Positions 41,401 through 44,273 of a stretch of 45,007 bases of DNA are shown here, piece by piece. The translations under genes were made by a program, and so were the position numbers. A model generated the notes under the pieces. That model worked only from the letters and a program-made list of their open reading frames with translations, was not told where the DNA came from and did no database searches. Numbering within the stretch: the first letter of the stretch is position 1; each line of letters opens with the position of its first letter. The stretch is from the NCBI GenBank assembly GCA_046342735.1, contig JBKDOZ010000070.1:1-45007 (forward strand). Direction: 5' to 3'. This DNA comes from Synechococcaceae cyanobacterium. Its GTDB lineage: Bacteria; Cyanobacteriota; Cyanobacteriia; PCC-6307; Cyanobiaceae.

Positions 41401-42744
41401 GCCGCCGGTGAATTTCCCCGCGCTGCCTTCAAACAATGGATTGATCTCTAGGCTCGTCCATGGTTCGGTTTCGGCCGCGCTGGTGAGGCTCACGTTGCCG
41501 CCGATCAGCTGGGTGGCCTTGGCCCCTTGCGTGGCGCTGCCGATGCTGATGTTGCTGGTCGATTTCGGCAGCCAGATCGAGACAGCCACATCCACCGCCT
41601 GAGCGGTACTGCTGATGCTGATATCGCCAAAACTGGCTCCGGTGGTGGAAGAACCCTTCGATGAAGTGCTGAGTGTGACACCTCCCTTTGGGCCAATGAT
41701 GATGCCGTCCTGCTCACGCACCTTGGCGCGAGGTGCGCTGCTGATGCTCAGGTCTCCCCCGTATGTGTAGATATCGCCCGTGATGGTGACGCTGCCATTG
41801 ATGTCAACCGAGTAGGCGCTCCCAGGGGTGTCGAGGTCAATGCCATGGATCGTGTATTGATCCTGATGCTTGTGATCCCCCGTGATCGCAATTGCACGGA
41901 GGCCGCTGACCTCCTGGCTCCAGGGGCTGTCGAGGCCCGTGATCGTTACGGTGAAGTTGCCCGCAGCTTCGCTGCCGCTGGCGCTGATGCCCAGGCTGCC
42001 ACTGGCGGAACTGATGTTGAGAAAACCGTTGTTCAGGCTGGCGCCGCCACCGAGCCGGCCTTCCCAGGCCAGGCCCGTGAGCACATCGGCTCCCCCGAGA
42101 TCCACCGCCCCATGGGTGTATTCCAGTTGCCAGTCGCCGTGCCCCAGCAGGGCCGAGCCTGTGGCATCGTCGGACGCGGCCACATCGGTGCCGGTCAGCT
42201 CGGCCAGCCGATTCACCAGCCGCCTGCCGGCGGCGCTGGCGGTGAGGTCGCAGCCATAGAGCAGCAGATCGCCCTCGGGCTCGAACAGCTGCCCGAGCTG
42301 GCGCAGCGACTCCCGCTGGCGCCAGAGGTTGCGGCTGGTGAGCACCTGATCGCCGATCTCCAGGGCGCCATCGCTGCCGTGGCTGAGCAGATGCAGCCGC
42401 TGCCAGCCGCCCGCGCGCTGGGCTTGCCCCAGGCGATGCACCAGATCGGCCAGCCCCTCCCCCGGGGCCAGGGAGAGGGTGCGCACGCCTCGGGCTCGCA
42501 GCTGCTGCCCCAGTTGCAGCACGGAAGCCTCGTGGGAGGCGATCACATAGAGATCGCCTTGGCCCGCGGCGGCCGGGGCCAGTCCGTTTGCCCCCAGGGC
42601 GCCTGCCCCATCGGCGGGCGCCCAGCTGGCCAGGGCCGGACTCCACCAGGATCCGGCCCGAAGGTTGCCGTCCTCCGGGCTGATCGCGCTGAAAGGCAGA
42701 AGCCCATGCGAGAACTGGGCTGCGGCGTCAGCAGGGTCAACCAT
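11455..42744 (-). CDS. Giant (10,429 aa) DUF4347-domain surface/adhesin-like protein, probable type I secretion substrate
   Basis: Uninterrupted 31.3-kb ORF. N-terminal DUF4347 (LHLLSHG...LLLYGC...DVAASDDATG...GDWQLE), long S/A/G/T/L beta-solenoid-like tracts, LamG-like and C-type-lectin-like domains, and a degenerate RTX-like C-terminus (LVGSAANDLL...GADSFVL...DAVVDF). No Sec signal peptide seen. Confidence 0.93.
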   Translation of the reverse strand: MVDPADAAAQFSHGLLPFSAISPEDGNLRAGSWWSPALASWAPADGAGALGANGLAPAAAGQGDLYVIASHEASVLQLGQQLRARGVRTLSLAPGEGLADLVHRLGQAQRAGGWQRLHLLSHGSDGALEIGDQVLTSRNLWRQRESLRQLGQLFEPEGDLLLYGCDLTASAAGRRLVNRLAELTGTDVAASDDATGSALLGHGDWQLEYTHGAVDLGGADVLTGLAWEGRLGGGASLNNGFLNISSASGSLGISASGSEAAGNFTVTITGLDSPWSQEVSGLRAIAITGDHKHQDQYTIHGIDLDTPGSAYSVDINGSVTITGDIYTYGGDLSISSAPRAKVREQDGIIIGPKGGVTLSTSSKGSSTTGASFGDISISSTAQAVDVAVSIWLPKSTSNISIGSATQGAKATQLIGGNVSLTSAAETEPWTSLEINPLFEGSAGKFTGGVFAELGASKTNDVLEGFEDYFIPFDIAISSSEDAIAITNSILQANGVQANGASNSLQITSKASSVLDASVTTINGLNFMGAMTFNWVPSIAVSVGLSKASSSIQISESSLMAAGDVAITSTTTNKVSSHAEVSKYVLTTDGKGGPGFAPSADRPGVASATGSTTTTAGVTLDATSSISSGGSVTITAEANPSTSANTTSKTYRDGHVTTGVSVALDDTTATVTIEGAISQGQANLTQAGPEAQNQASAALASSPASSVASSAVLFNGTDSTTPTDGVTVSNGQAFAVGDRVSFQNLQLTADLIATVDDDDVISIEDGQGALLAKGSQGTFTVQPGDLLAWTDGTALEYRGSTSQTISLDQFNPADADWQPLTLAKAGNAYVVTAINGDDTTPSDGTATLTLAHAAPIALNPGASTGHQHALYRLQTTPIETSSQGIDLINDELLLGDDPSRWPAAGQVVAYYPMAQGGDDDDSSAIGGLIAGQEYFVIPRGAGRIALALTPQDALAGTAVDLLAAGSGPEHLLVFEQGQTPQVAVSLQALASGDPVASLATQAQQELITFSGGGSVGDTLTLTLLNLAPHADTAFVSVTLSEADLGDPQGLRDQFLAAINATAGITQGEGAEVGSVAFLSAVASGSDGILLTALTAGVPYGALLSTTNSSEQPIADQVASLREITANEAGSNALNWLLVPASGGSVPLHGQMVQWSSGLLQQSDGSLVGAAGFLDANGNLWGGNGQAASQLNLSDGSVVYQEQTNSDGNVVGSYLRYTGTPGQLAASDLASSLAEGSQWLIGAGPLMEVFNPSQSSQGFRLFSSPDAPIQLPGASLSSLGAASPLLSVDAPWTRFDPANAINTSNSSLYLPGLNARTGEVFSYYVDPTPFEGSRPLVKQVNPADAVVGTNLWANVDLGPALVQGAPSVNGAPLVQARYVSGFTHLVDAPQAASASSLPQVSQGQTLYLQPNSDGSGAKVFLDATAQQPLIFSAGASHTGEDYLLLTLNKWQQQNTPVHGLNNRDQVQLISLGNDYYQVAQPGIDFARALPVQLFADQVSEDTSLSTLAANPASTAPTPSASPAALAVANTSPAAASPGAAGVTLNAGIDARNRALVLARSERLPTPTANDSWVNTKLELYKAIVPDTSKLVTALVGTTVQGKILPKTWQSRPNQTTNATWGVVGAVSINKADQVAQVNVASNAQINAAGDVDISSSVFELDNTGAIAEMMLESAKFSMAIAAANTDIDKQASNSIGGSINSQGSVNPTASVVNPSATWFPLVGIGSAYSSADSGSESGEKKFWKTAGKLALVLLKEGSSIHKNLQDGIFPELLNSYSNIRNRGHLTELRKTLKTVPLAGTKDRYGRPAFNTVWTSSVTGNEVSGRGLEAPKSKDKTEKFNPVYDTNPNTGQANATNIAVNFGLSLNCSNQENQQLASNLFSGSITAFNLTPISYDLVNNYSLAGVYQLRIGVKNVVDQLEGVKANKSALGAAPEMVNYGTVSQKGIGAAVNIDASSHQVYNTFSDQFVANLSGSLKATAERGGLEIQLALGTGKSENWGVSGSLTMAVPDGSQLTNTVSNTIADGATIQTASLALAAFEGSLSQVRDPNRPFNNKGNPIYRNYGYLDLDVAGDVQNSNSIGVGLGTIVNTVGRSATNQMGAISSNSSLTGSISLDALTSGELVAVAVAGTASNDTRLTSNQGDTTAKDDVDLAPQYSPLYQGLLNRSFPIAGSASVAVQDVALTAQSQLAPINGGAAASTIDLGASSISLSAEDATTVVNATGAFSFGTRTSSPGQDGNGGAGDSGTGGVGTLAGAASVNLISRQVSTLLEGVTLSGASPASVSLSSTGNPNTMTMAGAVSLSKGVSAGTTLAIPGSLALNLDGAAGNGTSAQVSNLTASALNQLSISAVDSGDAVAYAGTFGLAFNPLHEAADAPTTPRTSKVDTFGASVAINDLSASTSAALASSTLSTASATAASSTITAPSISLNAATSGVERVTAAISAEGSTARATAQDALSATAISGAGAGAENSTTHTISATVSTTTIGPAAALNPQDAATVALNASSDEQILAVTGGFDIALARVSEEPPNPNVGSLSMGASASHNQLDGAITAQIDSTSSINAGGLTLLAQDGSAIGAYAISGAMGSGTSALGRSFDGALVGAGTGNSINRPVAAQVGSPQAITAGTGSLSLSSATLTAQRSAASRIVADAAGATITAAQVKQSGTASSLSGGFAGAFSFNSLSGGITAGIYNITDVAVSGDLTISASSSYAQDGPLGPSSISTFAGGFAVALNRSQVFDAAQGAGGLGLVVTNTTINDAIEAQLQGVSGGEDATVTVGSLQVSAGTTRTIQAEATGDSLTFSDSQGGGENDSRILTIGAVQASSSVDGDLVAAVTLEPGTDLLVSQAAGTGLSVSSSDLSQISTFALAVALSSSQANATLPSFALAGGGSGITNLLSSATTAAAQAGTLTNTAGTRVAAATTNANNSKRRSLTANAGAGSLAAARGRVQGSNGLAIGATTVTNTTTTDSDTEATLTASTLELDGDLAVTASTGDQISAVAASASLALARSAGQGGSSALLGGGASVSNSLQGDVTASIAGPGSQTSPGSLSLSGDLSVLASDGRAIQAGAGSGSLAITQAGVEADGTNLSVDVGVSLASNTISGDLTASISDLASLSLGGSLEVSGNRQATVVSDATAVTIDMATSDGDNLMVGLIGGGANSTNTQTGNTVAQVSGVSISGLNNPPLTGAIGVLASDTTTFTAKVDSVTDTGSNGGKGADQLGIGVALAHNRIGSGPGNQLQANLSTTGLLSGGAVEVIASNSTTLQAAVSAASAAVGSSDKSGSDASATGAGCNATNLSLVQIAANLTGSNGAAPAVVQAGDLTVTASDASTAEALSVGATLVASFAGGGGSAPSVTIGTALADNTLNNDVSASLSNLAAGSSVNSLTLDASRLQGDQPSLEATAVAVSVAASSSSGGGFGIAVSGGGAGVTNSLLGDVSTSVSDVQLSSTGAIAISSSASQGASAKGGSGAAGISKGGGALEVGAVTTANLLGCTSASGHASAQVSTDVSNSSLTTTGSAADISITASVTSDYDALAVPVSVAATDSTFAGAFSGAFNTSAIAFDVGTSVSGSSLSAGRDLQISSSTASVVDQTKTDGGTLAALLSGTALLSFSVAAGQNNNRIANNNSLVLSDGGNATSAPLLIQAGRNLSLGAIQPLAQVNQAQAVAVSVDLGGKLALSGGGAGITTTIADANSTTVQGNLSLVAGAAGSGDLTLTSGSFSDADATAQADGSVINAEIVAVSVAAGKSAAGAVGVGTVTSTLANTATTKLGASRSGAPSLSASGDIAILSLNADTLATNETIAVAGSYGGEFAGASVVNVTNGNSTSTSQTLLDAGSLSASGAVTLAADAVNSLTAASYGGEGSLSPNASAGIGVMIASTSLGNGDSDPEVWLRLGDGLTPFSVSGGSVTLRSSSNDTLTASSISAALGASTEASFEGAGGQSSTTTTQTVRTELGTGSSVVVLGSTGNLSLSSTINQAIDSNGEGIAVAVSAVGVAGSGVALNNTIGSSGTVAIGSEASLTAANITLEASYGLDKTLYGTNGNNANSVAAGLIGGAGITSTTTIGSGTYGNGTDPAGAFISLGDNAQLIANGSFSQPGSLQLQALTSIDAVDTCILDAYTAGAAVAGASTIINNAQAQISGAEGARLINTTGTISLSALGDGLVSASSSALAGAAGVGNSTAQAINAPNNSINLDGVTVLGQEVQILSGISPAGVPNQLLADASSQITTLTLGVLVSEATATVADANTISISGASDLQSLGNLELQANGTFATVGGTPTPGAGSGTTVSQEQQTTERTESTSIVRLLFAVGIGSNNTTLDTCTNTITISADSKLAAGVQHDLQIWTLPVASDAATQSQYLGLTTPLATPLVDGLPLSADQMEALGLDGTVPYIYQLLPAPIAPTAADASNAAALAQQVAAVLPSGLWHSPGGKPELVFVDISSDLAAEIQNLNTLITQYANSPADQARYISELAAITAQATSLGLMDATGVVQQEVFALVLQLPDLYASPGSIFLNALGSGGKVSVGGQTLSSGSSASNLSAYANSTIGVNNSAPLILALGDAAIGNAQVVASVAGQYTVYAPGGVYVNGGGGVSGAAIAQIPAAESSITIGQNALETVVLPGAPTPPLSPDLYVVGTINNPTGSVTLTNTVGSIEVFGTINGDPVTITSAGTFSLDSDTWFHTGFDPNTAVDANTLQSQVYDASTTSSGTYTNTPSSLILSNSQLEAQAGASTSGTILSRGMISIDALYLDINGLIQAGLPDISMEVAASFAPSNSGSLIDASGNPIAGISFSSSTGTALPLQGYVNAATQTISLDNIPSSGGDILLTGQILSTGNGEVLALAGQPSYSFTNASGWTLQLGEIDMSPANGTVTIVDAPQLNLVPTQVDTTTGTSTSGTLTFAYPHGLSNGDQVQVSYTNSVVLDPATDTYVISSASPVTGLNSGTTYLVITTSDPESLQLALPSAPATALTYSAWTSTQPIALIPQTAATQTVYTYSADGSISTAISTLTAGQSITNGNPYTFQSSSSTTPTPTTTAAGNTITSVLYNPTAGLTYTWTNGQQSTETTVTQYDKNSFNLFGWEMNSLAKNAQYSSQTIQNVQGAPLLEYQALQPAPPINLASGLSWSAGSAGSDTGLALTYSQASNGSSQTVENWTTGGGWLQRKSYITQTTTISGLQNYYSYAMKADWPITVGFLQGGNGAGSISVDSVGSVLLSGGLNATTELSVSSSSGAISAPQLLFSDGASLAFSAAADIALGLGSSTDGATLALSAQAGGDLTVGMVNTSSGTPTLQLQPGAAGAPALAAGGSLLLTSSGGVDLSLQPAGPAAFMSANLLQISLGSGSLGSAADPLAIASGNTGTQGGVAVQLAGNGSIGLSQASGDMALVLPTGFSGANAISTGGDVALTVSAGRLLDATGLVVNPLNETALAAQDAAFSITGQAALNAAYQEMANQDASDYYNYWIQYRNATQNQDGTWTADPDPFAGGGTFVFTPAQVQQLTDAGWVSTAISAYQSALATVEQQTGAGMYDPTFVYQRPQAQQQAYISQRVIGTNTYYYPLDRAVYLELFPAQAAAIPPAPVAVGSGATAINATNLTITTAGDVGRTSTTQTIAIPGGDYNSLSTAEAQLLSSVAPSEIIGVVYEVLQYIGSTPLATGTAPDFSDASLFLPLVPGAVAGQGPIYSYLGSSEVIDLSQVNFNATDSQGQPLWQLQTGTSGEQFTTANGSEMVATGTLVMDTRANLSSGEVVLAQTPAYQGYVTYGGAPATLDLLLTDFSDASLWQAMSAGSVDATVTTTNLPASLAPQSLVTDLNTVLAVTLQLQTPVGVELSGNLSVNAGGGVRLATPGSLSLSSLNAQGLVSLEAADLQQAAGGGGIVNNLGPVELVSSGGDVGSSQSPLQVALTNTASLNISSSGSVSVSSSGELPLGAVLAADTITITSDGALVDAGRNATAIGDGSLNLQATTINLQATAFGTAVSPVLVGGGLESSDGLVQVTQLSASLAPGTASGAVMAVGLVGAGVELVGLSAPGGVVWLSGDAPEAVLGTASVISAASLVFNGLAGAGSAAAPLLTAVGNLSGSLGGDLYLSNGLGSSQDLNLDTATDSTGTITVAGLTGTGALSVSTTGNLNLLAGSPVLRPGTGSAPVSLHAGGLFSAADGALINVQGGAASQLSLGGNGLVWQGVLNSSIATQLNPGTASLTISAYLSAAQVAQLEAAGVAAALIDGTTSNGEQTTNLILAGSLQLGDPGGLQLSSSQLLPLLGSISLAGPAQFSSSASGEGLWLLGDLTATNVTWNASAGSLRSTSESTLTSSSDAASAFSAAGDLVLNGSTQVGGNLNLSAQGDLGIGGSALVGGAIEATASSLVLAAGAGLVSGGAMELSSTGLESGDGLFSAGLLVAGGTLAQGAHGASPSANDIRLNPNASATLSLNVTNTASDALVLGGQINGSDFTTSTGAWTAAPNVVLNAPQSPVLLHDLVARDSLTISATAQGATLQLTPAAQLRLGPDPSNQGPASGGGSTGNASSSTSLQLNADTLTLSADPAGLAVEAPEAPYQEVMAGSLAQPLTLALAVTTGPQAVVPLLVSVPAGSLLPAGSASGTTASFANLITALNQEITSAAQAAGLSGSEIPLLDSRSDFLRFTLVPPTGTLLNPALGLSLNAGLSHGLAQLGWPQTSGSLDAVIPATVLVSAASANLAVGSAAQPFSSLQWGGGVRSTAPAGAITWTLQPGSAAQVVLNGGVDVSALTLVPNAGPGVNGGTGLSAALNLTGSTANVSISQAGDLTVAALVTASAAPLLSHLLYSSTSGSLSLNPTSAQSLAAPGASLQLQAADGIAVASGGEELVLEVAALSASAGTGFTLGSGGEISLQGSTAAGDSLTITAGSVQLGGVLASAAPLPVTISSTGSSGSDGSLALLPGASLTGLEGPQSYTASGSLTQAAALASASTIQLLAEGSLQSSAPIQAATSLVLSSSTGGISTAAELYATSAANGSQTVDRLGYTVDASGATTSVYGGLPQTLIAGGAIRAPEVQISAPQGALNLNGSILAARLNGTDLPATSLASLTIALPSGSLDGATGTFTLPNHGLADGMQVVVHGVREGTLIPLQQGAAYAVLRTDADHLQLAALPAGSTLGTTVATAGLTPLTLETPPSDSASGLLGTLTPLLAGSGSQISLQGSSLSISGDLQAESLSASTSAGDLQILGEAAVVSAKASFSTPTSSTFSIGSSVTGLRRAALTTNQLSLPQSGNLNLAGYLTLLSPAGTELAVGGDLTISGELVAGGSLQLSAGNTLAVQGAGSVDAAGDLSLEAAQIQLNADSTRASWQPGPAPLLLPVQQPISVASGTALDNQILPFSGDVHLVVDSSGETFTLVGAGGRPLPHGLSTGDTLYYQSSNANQTAGRAGLITTNTTDPSAATPYGVQVLSSTRFQLLSGGSVVNLTSATGPAGDALVGLTVTTVTTPITTTTTTLVGTSEVTGGQEWLTYDLTLVQDGFYNPTAGQIREYLIPGTDFELSAINWAGTGSSQPAASQRWEDYSDSQVAAVLASTGLLPLYATSITNVRRNQLLNGVSSSTPVANPWALTNNQLWMPSSGPLRGMAIEGQSQALANLYNLTSTTTSPTGALALSGNPTGSVANLPAMQLGGALTIEAWVMVSQGGTSTDVLNLGDNTLALQINAAGQAQISGAAGSLVLSDTSLVANTWTHLAAVVEATGAVTLYGNGVAIGSGNLGASLPEQLWSASVGLAPTTSSGLISAVRELKVWSGVRNQAEVVADMTLTPSGRDLNTLVAWERFDGQQQQLLLLDQTLFTSNNDGWLLADGSAAPVVGGTTSSTAWGGYLGPLAEASTTGNGPEVSGTYTLAGNGGLITTELLRLGSGWSGQSLSTYINGSEIASFLLNSDTTYTSTISGSTNGYAWVVTPISEEGPPASASNGQGFLLSISVPTGVTNLSLGFGSNLAVPSSTAAYGVQSVSVYGLPLAPTLSGGAGLLADASGGGAYAGVANSAGSFSEWTGTRIDSASVQYTQTGSALTATNLSQNLVLTPGASPALMLQASVSDAEPLGGAPGPATWTVGLASTGSASNGSSAFTIQGLRSFDGTPSTENGTQVSTPAWATNSTLATTSYPTASGGSAVAYGSQLGLEPFLLGGTNTSTANGFNTPASTNGWVAVDTSTQSIPLEMESGAYYSSFLGPVDPGEGVQTDLTFHGYGAYVVFNFFHLEQWQNNQFSVSVSDVNGSGSASTTIASPTFSSSAPATVTAASLANLSSSSSSSSLTINGVNSTLPYAFLPRGDYANHYGSAEYNEQTFDVVLAIPVGVTSLTLTLSSDVSDTGSFGIDNFLVLEASQLPSLTAASSSTVALDYIASTASLSTALLQSSSTQSVGSFSGTIGTGYALATGATSVANALSQASAPTTGSDGPSVSDGNGVTYAGTTALAQLTSPAQVSAAATALANGAVAAVQGSTVAASGTVNNTIWAFQNGTLISDSWGTAAPVLLSTAAASSWSAARSTAQAMGGDLAVISSASQNTAAQAVLPAGGSGAWLGAYRPTAGAALQWVDGSNVPTSNGSSPYANWSSNQPADAFNTAGATSEIVDDNFSAGVPNDWSSSPSGLTLPTVSTTQGTLLGPLGATAPGVSVTQSTTLNAQEMTEASFDWWRIDGWGADDAMTIAMELGGSGGVAETYTTQYAFTTANVSQALSWSPASGVSLVLTPGIYGNYLGASANDQLFNGLLSLPTGYSNFTLTFGSTGVQLQQAIMGLQSGAVESYANAGGEIGSSWSQLQDTGWDTSINTMAVNWDSSSNPQVVVGLGSGAVEYYNGSGWSQLKDDGWDTFINTMAVNWEASGNPQVVVGLGSGAVEYYNGSGWSQLKDDGWGTSVNTMEVSWNLPGAPDVLVGLGSSAMEYYNGSGWSQLQGTGWDTSIKTTDAQWSDATWALGSYTVTQSQGAPFVQLDSDGTWSTTGPTTALPGIASLPNLPNLPWASGQPALSTSASTLADGFGLSLNGAGQFATVPVGQTSDNQGSFLVQAPAIWEPQVQLNSGDVREVFNNYLYDWTSIAFAVADGRQNLAFAVTGASQPINQIQPVYQLTQTPGLQVQQQLLPRKVEQTIYTTTTVPLVGLAAAPVASGQPQAFASLRGRSVTLTSTDSGASSQLAGTVVSSGSAAGDSPRIRSAGSLQLGSASASPGAAQGLTLMGSAPQVQAAAITVNGPLAAVAANQAPATSLGLDAGSGTLTLLDSIAPVESLSLSGGALVLPVDGTVSTQVQSISARNGTSSFSSSAGGSGGWLQIQISGDASGDPTDLVISGGTNSTTAPGNDQGIVLEALSGIDNLGLSTTGALQVSGSVASTTLIDGRLSNLSIDAGSLAPTAVSVGHELRLRLTGSEAVNASGVLLQAGNLSLESFGGGQFLVNSPTLSLASNQELTVSQQGSGATSLSLIAGEAGSLTLSGSGDLLVNHLQASGDVSLTTGSGSITLAGVEQSITSTLQLVATAGSISTASGASTGPANSFGSVVAAAGGAITLDAAQLRQLSASSGGAIAVTSSDPTQLSLGSLIAQGNLQVNAAQGSLLVTDPAALQGSAIGLLAGNLLQINTDRSTNLQAGSSLSLAGGVLQSDASALTLTAGSDASGSDGTVSLAWLNLASAEALPSLPLITADTLNLASDSGLRLTTTTFHPNQSQFPFQSLAFLQSNATGTGQPSVPLYHPYRAESQLLEDAAGVAYTLDSSGQLITHYDPSRGLYQFTALPQAGSSLPQGLISLQSSAMAITAANLAAAVLPAGVNAADVDLATVLAQFHGAPSGTKVQPASGPGRPLATALQAVIASSPNQASAGNVNSGQPPAGATILTPTAQLLNLLNLDGVVSQTGLVETSPVVGAAVWLESNGDWIHQKQEPLAQTRADGTFRLAVPAGGDGHGLLVSRGGIDSLTGQSLQGLRLVGRAGAGALTPLTTLANLLQLGGVNNERIQAVERSFGAVLTSGDPKLADFDPYKSLDSDGPRALRQAFSHARITALLLCMAPLAQRAQLSPAQEAERLAAAVTAIAPVLAAALADGASALARREAQLALLAAVLDRFDPTGDRALHRALLSGYQRLAEAYDRLEGLADSASGDGARARTLLAASAAIKTTLLLQLGDRWVRLLSGESTAAAWLAELTTSLAQGGVPPTAPRGDEWVRLQTQSPSVLAGGTALLTLELSQPAPDQGLTVQLFIEAPAGSRLGDDRVAAGGQQLTIAAGMTRSTVAIQVPRELAGASNLVVSLVAVGGSYKLDPEAASATVAIVAPGQGSAATAPMTLVGSAANDLLTPADAADRIVGRVGADSFVLRPAPTGQGVDAVVDFSVAERDRFLALRDRFPGATLADFTLLDGALYYRGEVIALVSHDGLPLGMVDTMSTILQIVDNAAPVPPPKRRPTRSGGATASPTVPAKRP
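15950..16475 (-). repeat. 132-bp (44-aa) in-frame tandem repeat, about 4 copies
   Basis: cccagccg recurs at 15981, 16113, 16245 and 16377. Unit: WSQLKDDGWDTFINTMAVNWEASGNPQVVVGLGSGAVEYYNGSG. Confidence 0.95.
17914..17937 (-). repeat. (AGC)8 microsatellite encoding poly-Ser
   Basis: The plus strand reads (gct)8; the protein reads NLSSSSSSSSLT. Confidence 0.85.
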
Positions 42745-42869
42745 TGTCTGGGTGCAGGAAGGAATGGCGAGGCGGAATCAGGTGGCGGAAAGACCCTCAA
42801 CTCTCCCTGCCAACGGGCCGCCGCAGATGCGATGGAGTTTCTGAACTCTCAAGCCACTCAGAGGGCCGG

Positions 42870-44273
42870 TCAAATGTTGTTCGAATTCTTGGGGCGCCCG
42901 TCCTGCACCCCTCCACGGCCTGCGCAGGCCCGGGCCATACGCCGACGGAACACGGCAACGGCTGGCTCCTCGCCATAGGGCTCCAACAGCCTCCCGTGCC
43001 AGATGATCGGTGCCATGCCACAGCGGCTCCGCACCGCCCTGGCGAGCAGCCTGGTGGCCAGCCCCGATTCCACCAGGGCCAGGGCAGTCACGCCCCAGAG
43101 GCTCAGGCCCCCCAGCTGGCTGTTTGGCCTGCCGTTTTCCCGGGCCGCCCGTTCGAGCAGCTCGGCGGCCAGAGCCTGCCGCGGACCCCGGGCCAGGGCG
43201 AGGGCGGCCAGGGCGTGGAGGCCGGTCAGCTGCTGGTGCTGCAGGATGCCGGAGTGGTCCACCAGGTCCGCCGCGGCGCCACCGTTGCCCTGTTGGGCCA
43301 CCGCCAGCGCCAGCTCGAGGGGTGGTGTTGCCCCCTGGCTGCCGCGCAGGTGCATCTGCCACCGGCTGGCCGCCTCGGCCTCGGCCCATTCGCCCCTCTG
43401 GATGTGGGCGAGGGCCTTCAATCCCCAGCCCTGGGGCAGATCGCTTTGCAGCCGGGTGTTCATCAGATCGAGGGCCCGGTCGGCCTGGCCGCTGTAGAGC
43501 AGGTGGCGCATCCAGCCCAGCAGGGGCCGATCCAGGGGCAGGCGCTGGGGCAGCCAGCCGCCGTAAAGCTGATCGCTGCGATCGGACTGCCAGAAGAGGA
43601 TGGTGAGGGTTTCTGCGTGCAGCCCCGCCAGGGTGTTGACCTCCACCGCCAGGGCCCGGGCCCGGGCGAGGAGTGACTGGAGCTCCTGCCCCATCGCCCC
43701 GGTGCTGGCCATGCCCCAGCCGGCCTGGAGTAGTCGGCAGTGGCAGAGATCCACCAGGGCTTCCCGGTGCTGGGGATCGAGGGTCAGGCAGCCGGTCAGC
43801 AGCCGCACAGCCTCGGCCAGCAGCAGCGGATTGCCCGAGCGCGTGCGGGCCCAGGCCTCCCGGTGCAGGATCGTTGGCGAGACGTCGCTCCAGGGCTGGA
43901 TGTCGGCCAACTCCACCAGGGGGGAGGCGTTTGCGGAGGCGGCCTTCAGTGCCTTCAACGGGCCGCAGTAGGCATAGCCTTTGCCGTACACCGTTTGAAT
44001 AACACCTCCACCCAGGGGGCCCCGGTCGAGCACCCGCCTCAGCCCGTGGATCACCTGGGTCAGGGCCCCCGGATCGCGGGGTCGGGCGAGCGGCCAGAGT
44101 GATGTGCTCAGGCGCTCATGGCTCACCATGCCGCCCTCCTCAATCAGCAGCAAGAGAGCACGATGCTGCAGGGGTTTTAGCGTTACCGGGCTGCCATCAA
44201 GCTCCAGCGTCCCGGCGGGGTCAAGCACGTAGGGGCCTAAAGACCAGCGTTGCGTCATGGGGGAGCGTTGCAT
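42870..44273 (-). CDS. Winged-helix (OmpR/CadC/HilA-type Trans_reg_C) regulator with helical TPR-like C-terminus
   Basis: LGPYVLDPAGTLELDGSPVTLKPLQHRALLLL...LW...ALTQVIHGLRRVL...IQTVYGKGY, followed by Ala/Leu-rich helices (EAVRLLTGCLTLDPQHREALVDL). Start is ATG 44273 or 44258. Confidence 0.87.
   Translation of the reverse strand: MQRSPMTQRWSLGPYVLDPAGTLELDGSPVTLKPLQHRALLLLIEEGGMVSHERLSTSLWPLARPRDPGALTQVIHGLRRVLDRGPLGGGVIQTVYGKGYAYCGPLKALKAASANASPLVELADIQPWSDVSPTILHREAWARTRSGNPLLLAEAVRLLTGCLTLDPQHREALVDLCHCRLLQAGWGMASTGAMGQELQSLLARARALAVEVNTLAGLHAETLTILFWQSDRSDQLYGGWLPQRLPLDRPLLGWMRHLLYSGQADRALDLMNTRLQSDLPQGWGLKALAHIQRGEWAEAEAASRWQMHLRGSQGATPPLELALAVAQQGNGGAAADLVDHSGILQHQQLTGLHALAALALARGPRQALAAELLERAARENGRPNSQLGGLSLWGVTALALVESGLATRLLARAVRSRCGMAPIIWHGRLLEPYGEEPAVAVFRRRMARACAGRGGVQDGRPKNSNNI

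Noticed and set aside
42745-42869. Riboswitch in the leader of the giant gene
   Set aside because: No c-di-GMP or other aptamer consensus recognisable by eye; an Rfam scan would be needed.
11602-42978. Many long plus-strand ORFs (e.g. 19333-22629, 23503-26031, 14146-16641)
   Set aside because: Antisense shadows of the GC-rich giant gene, with low-complexity translations and no recognisable motifs.
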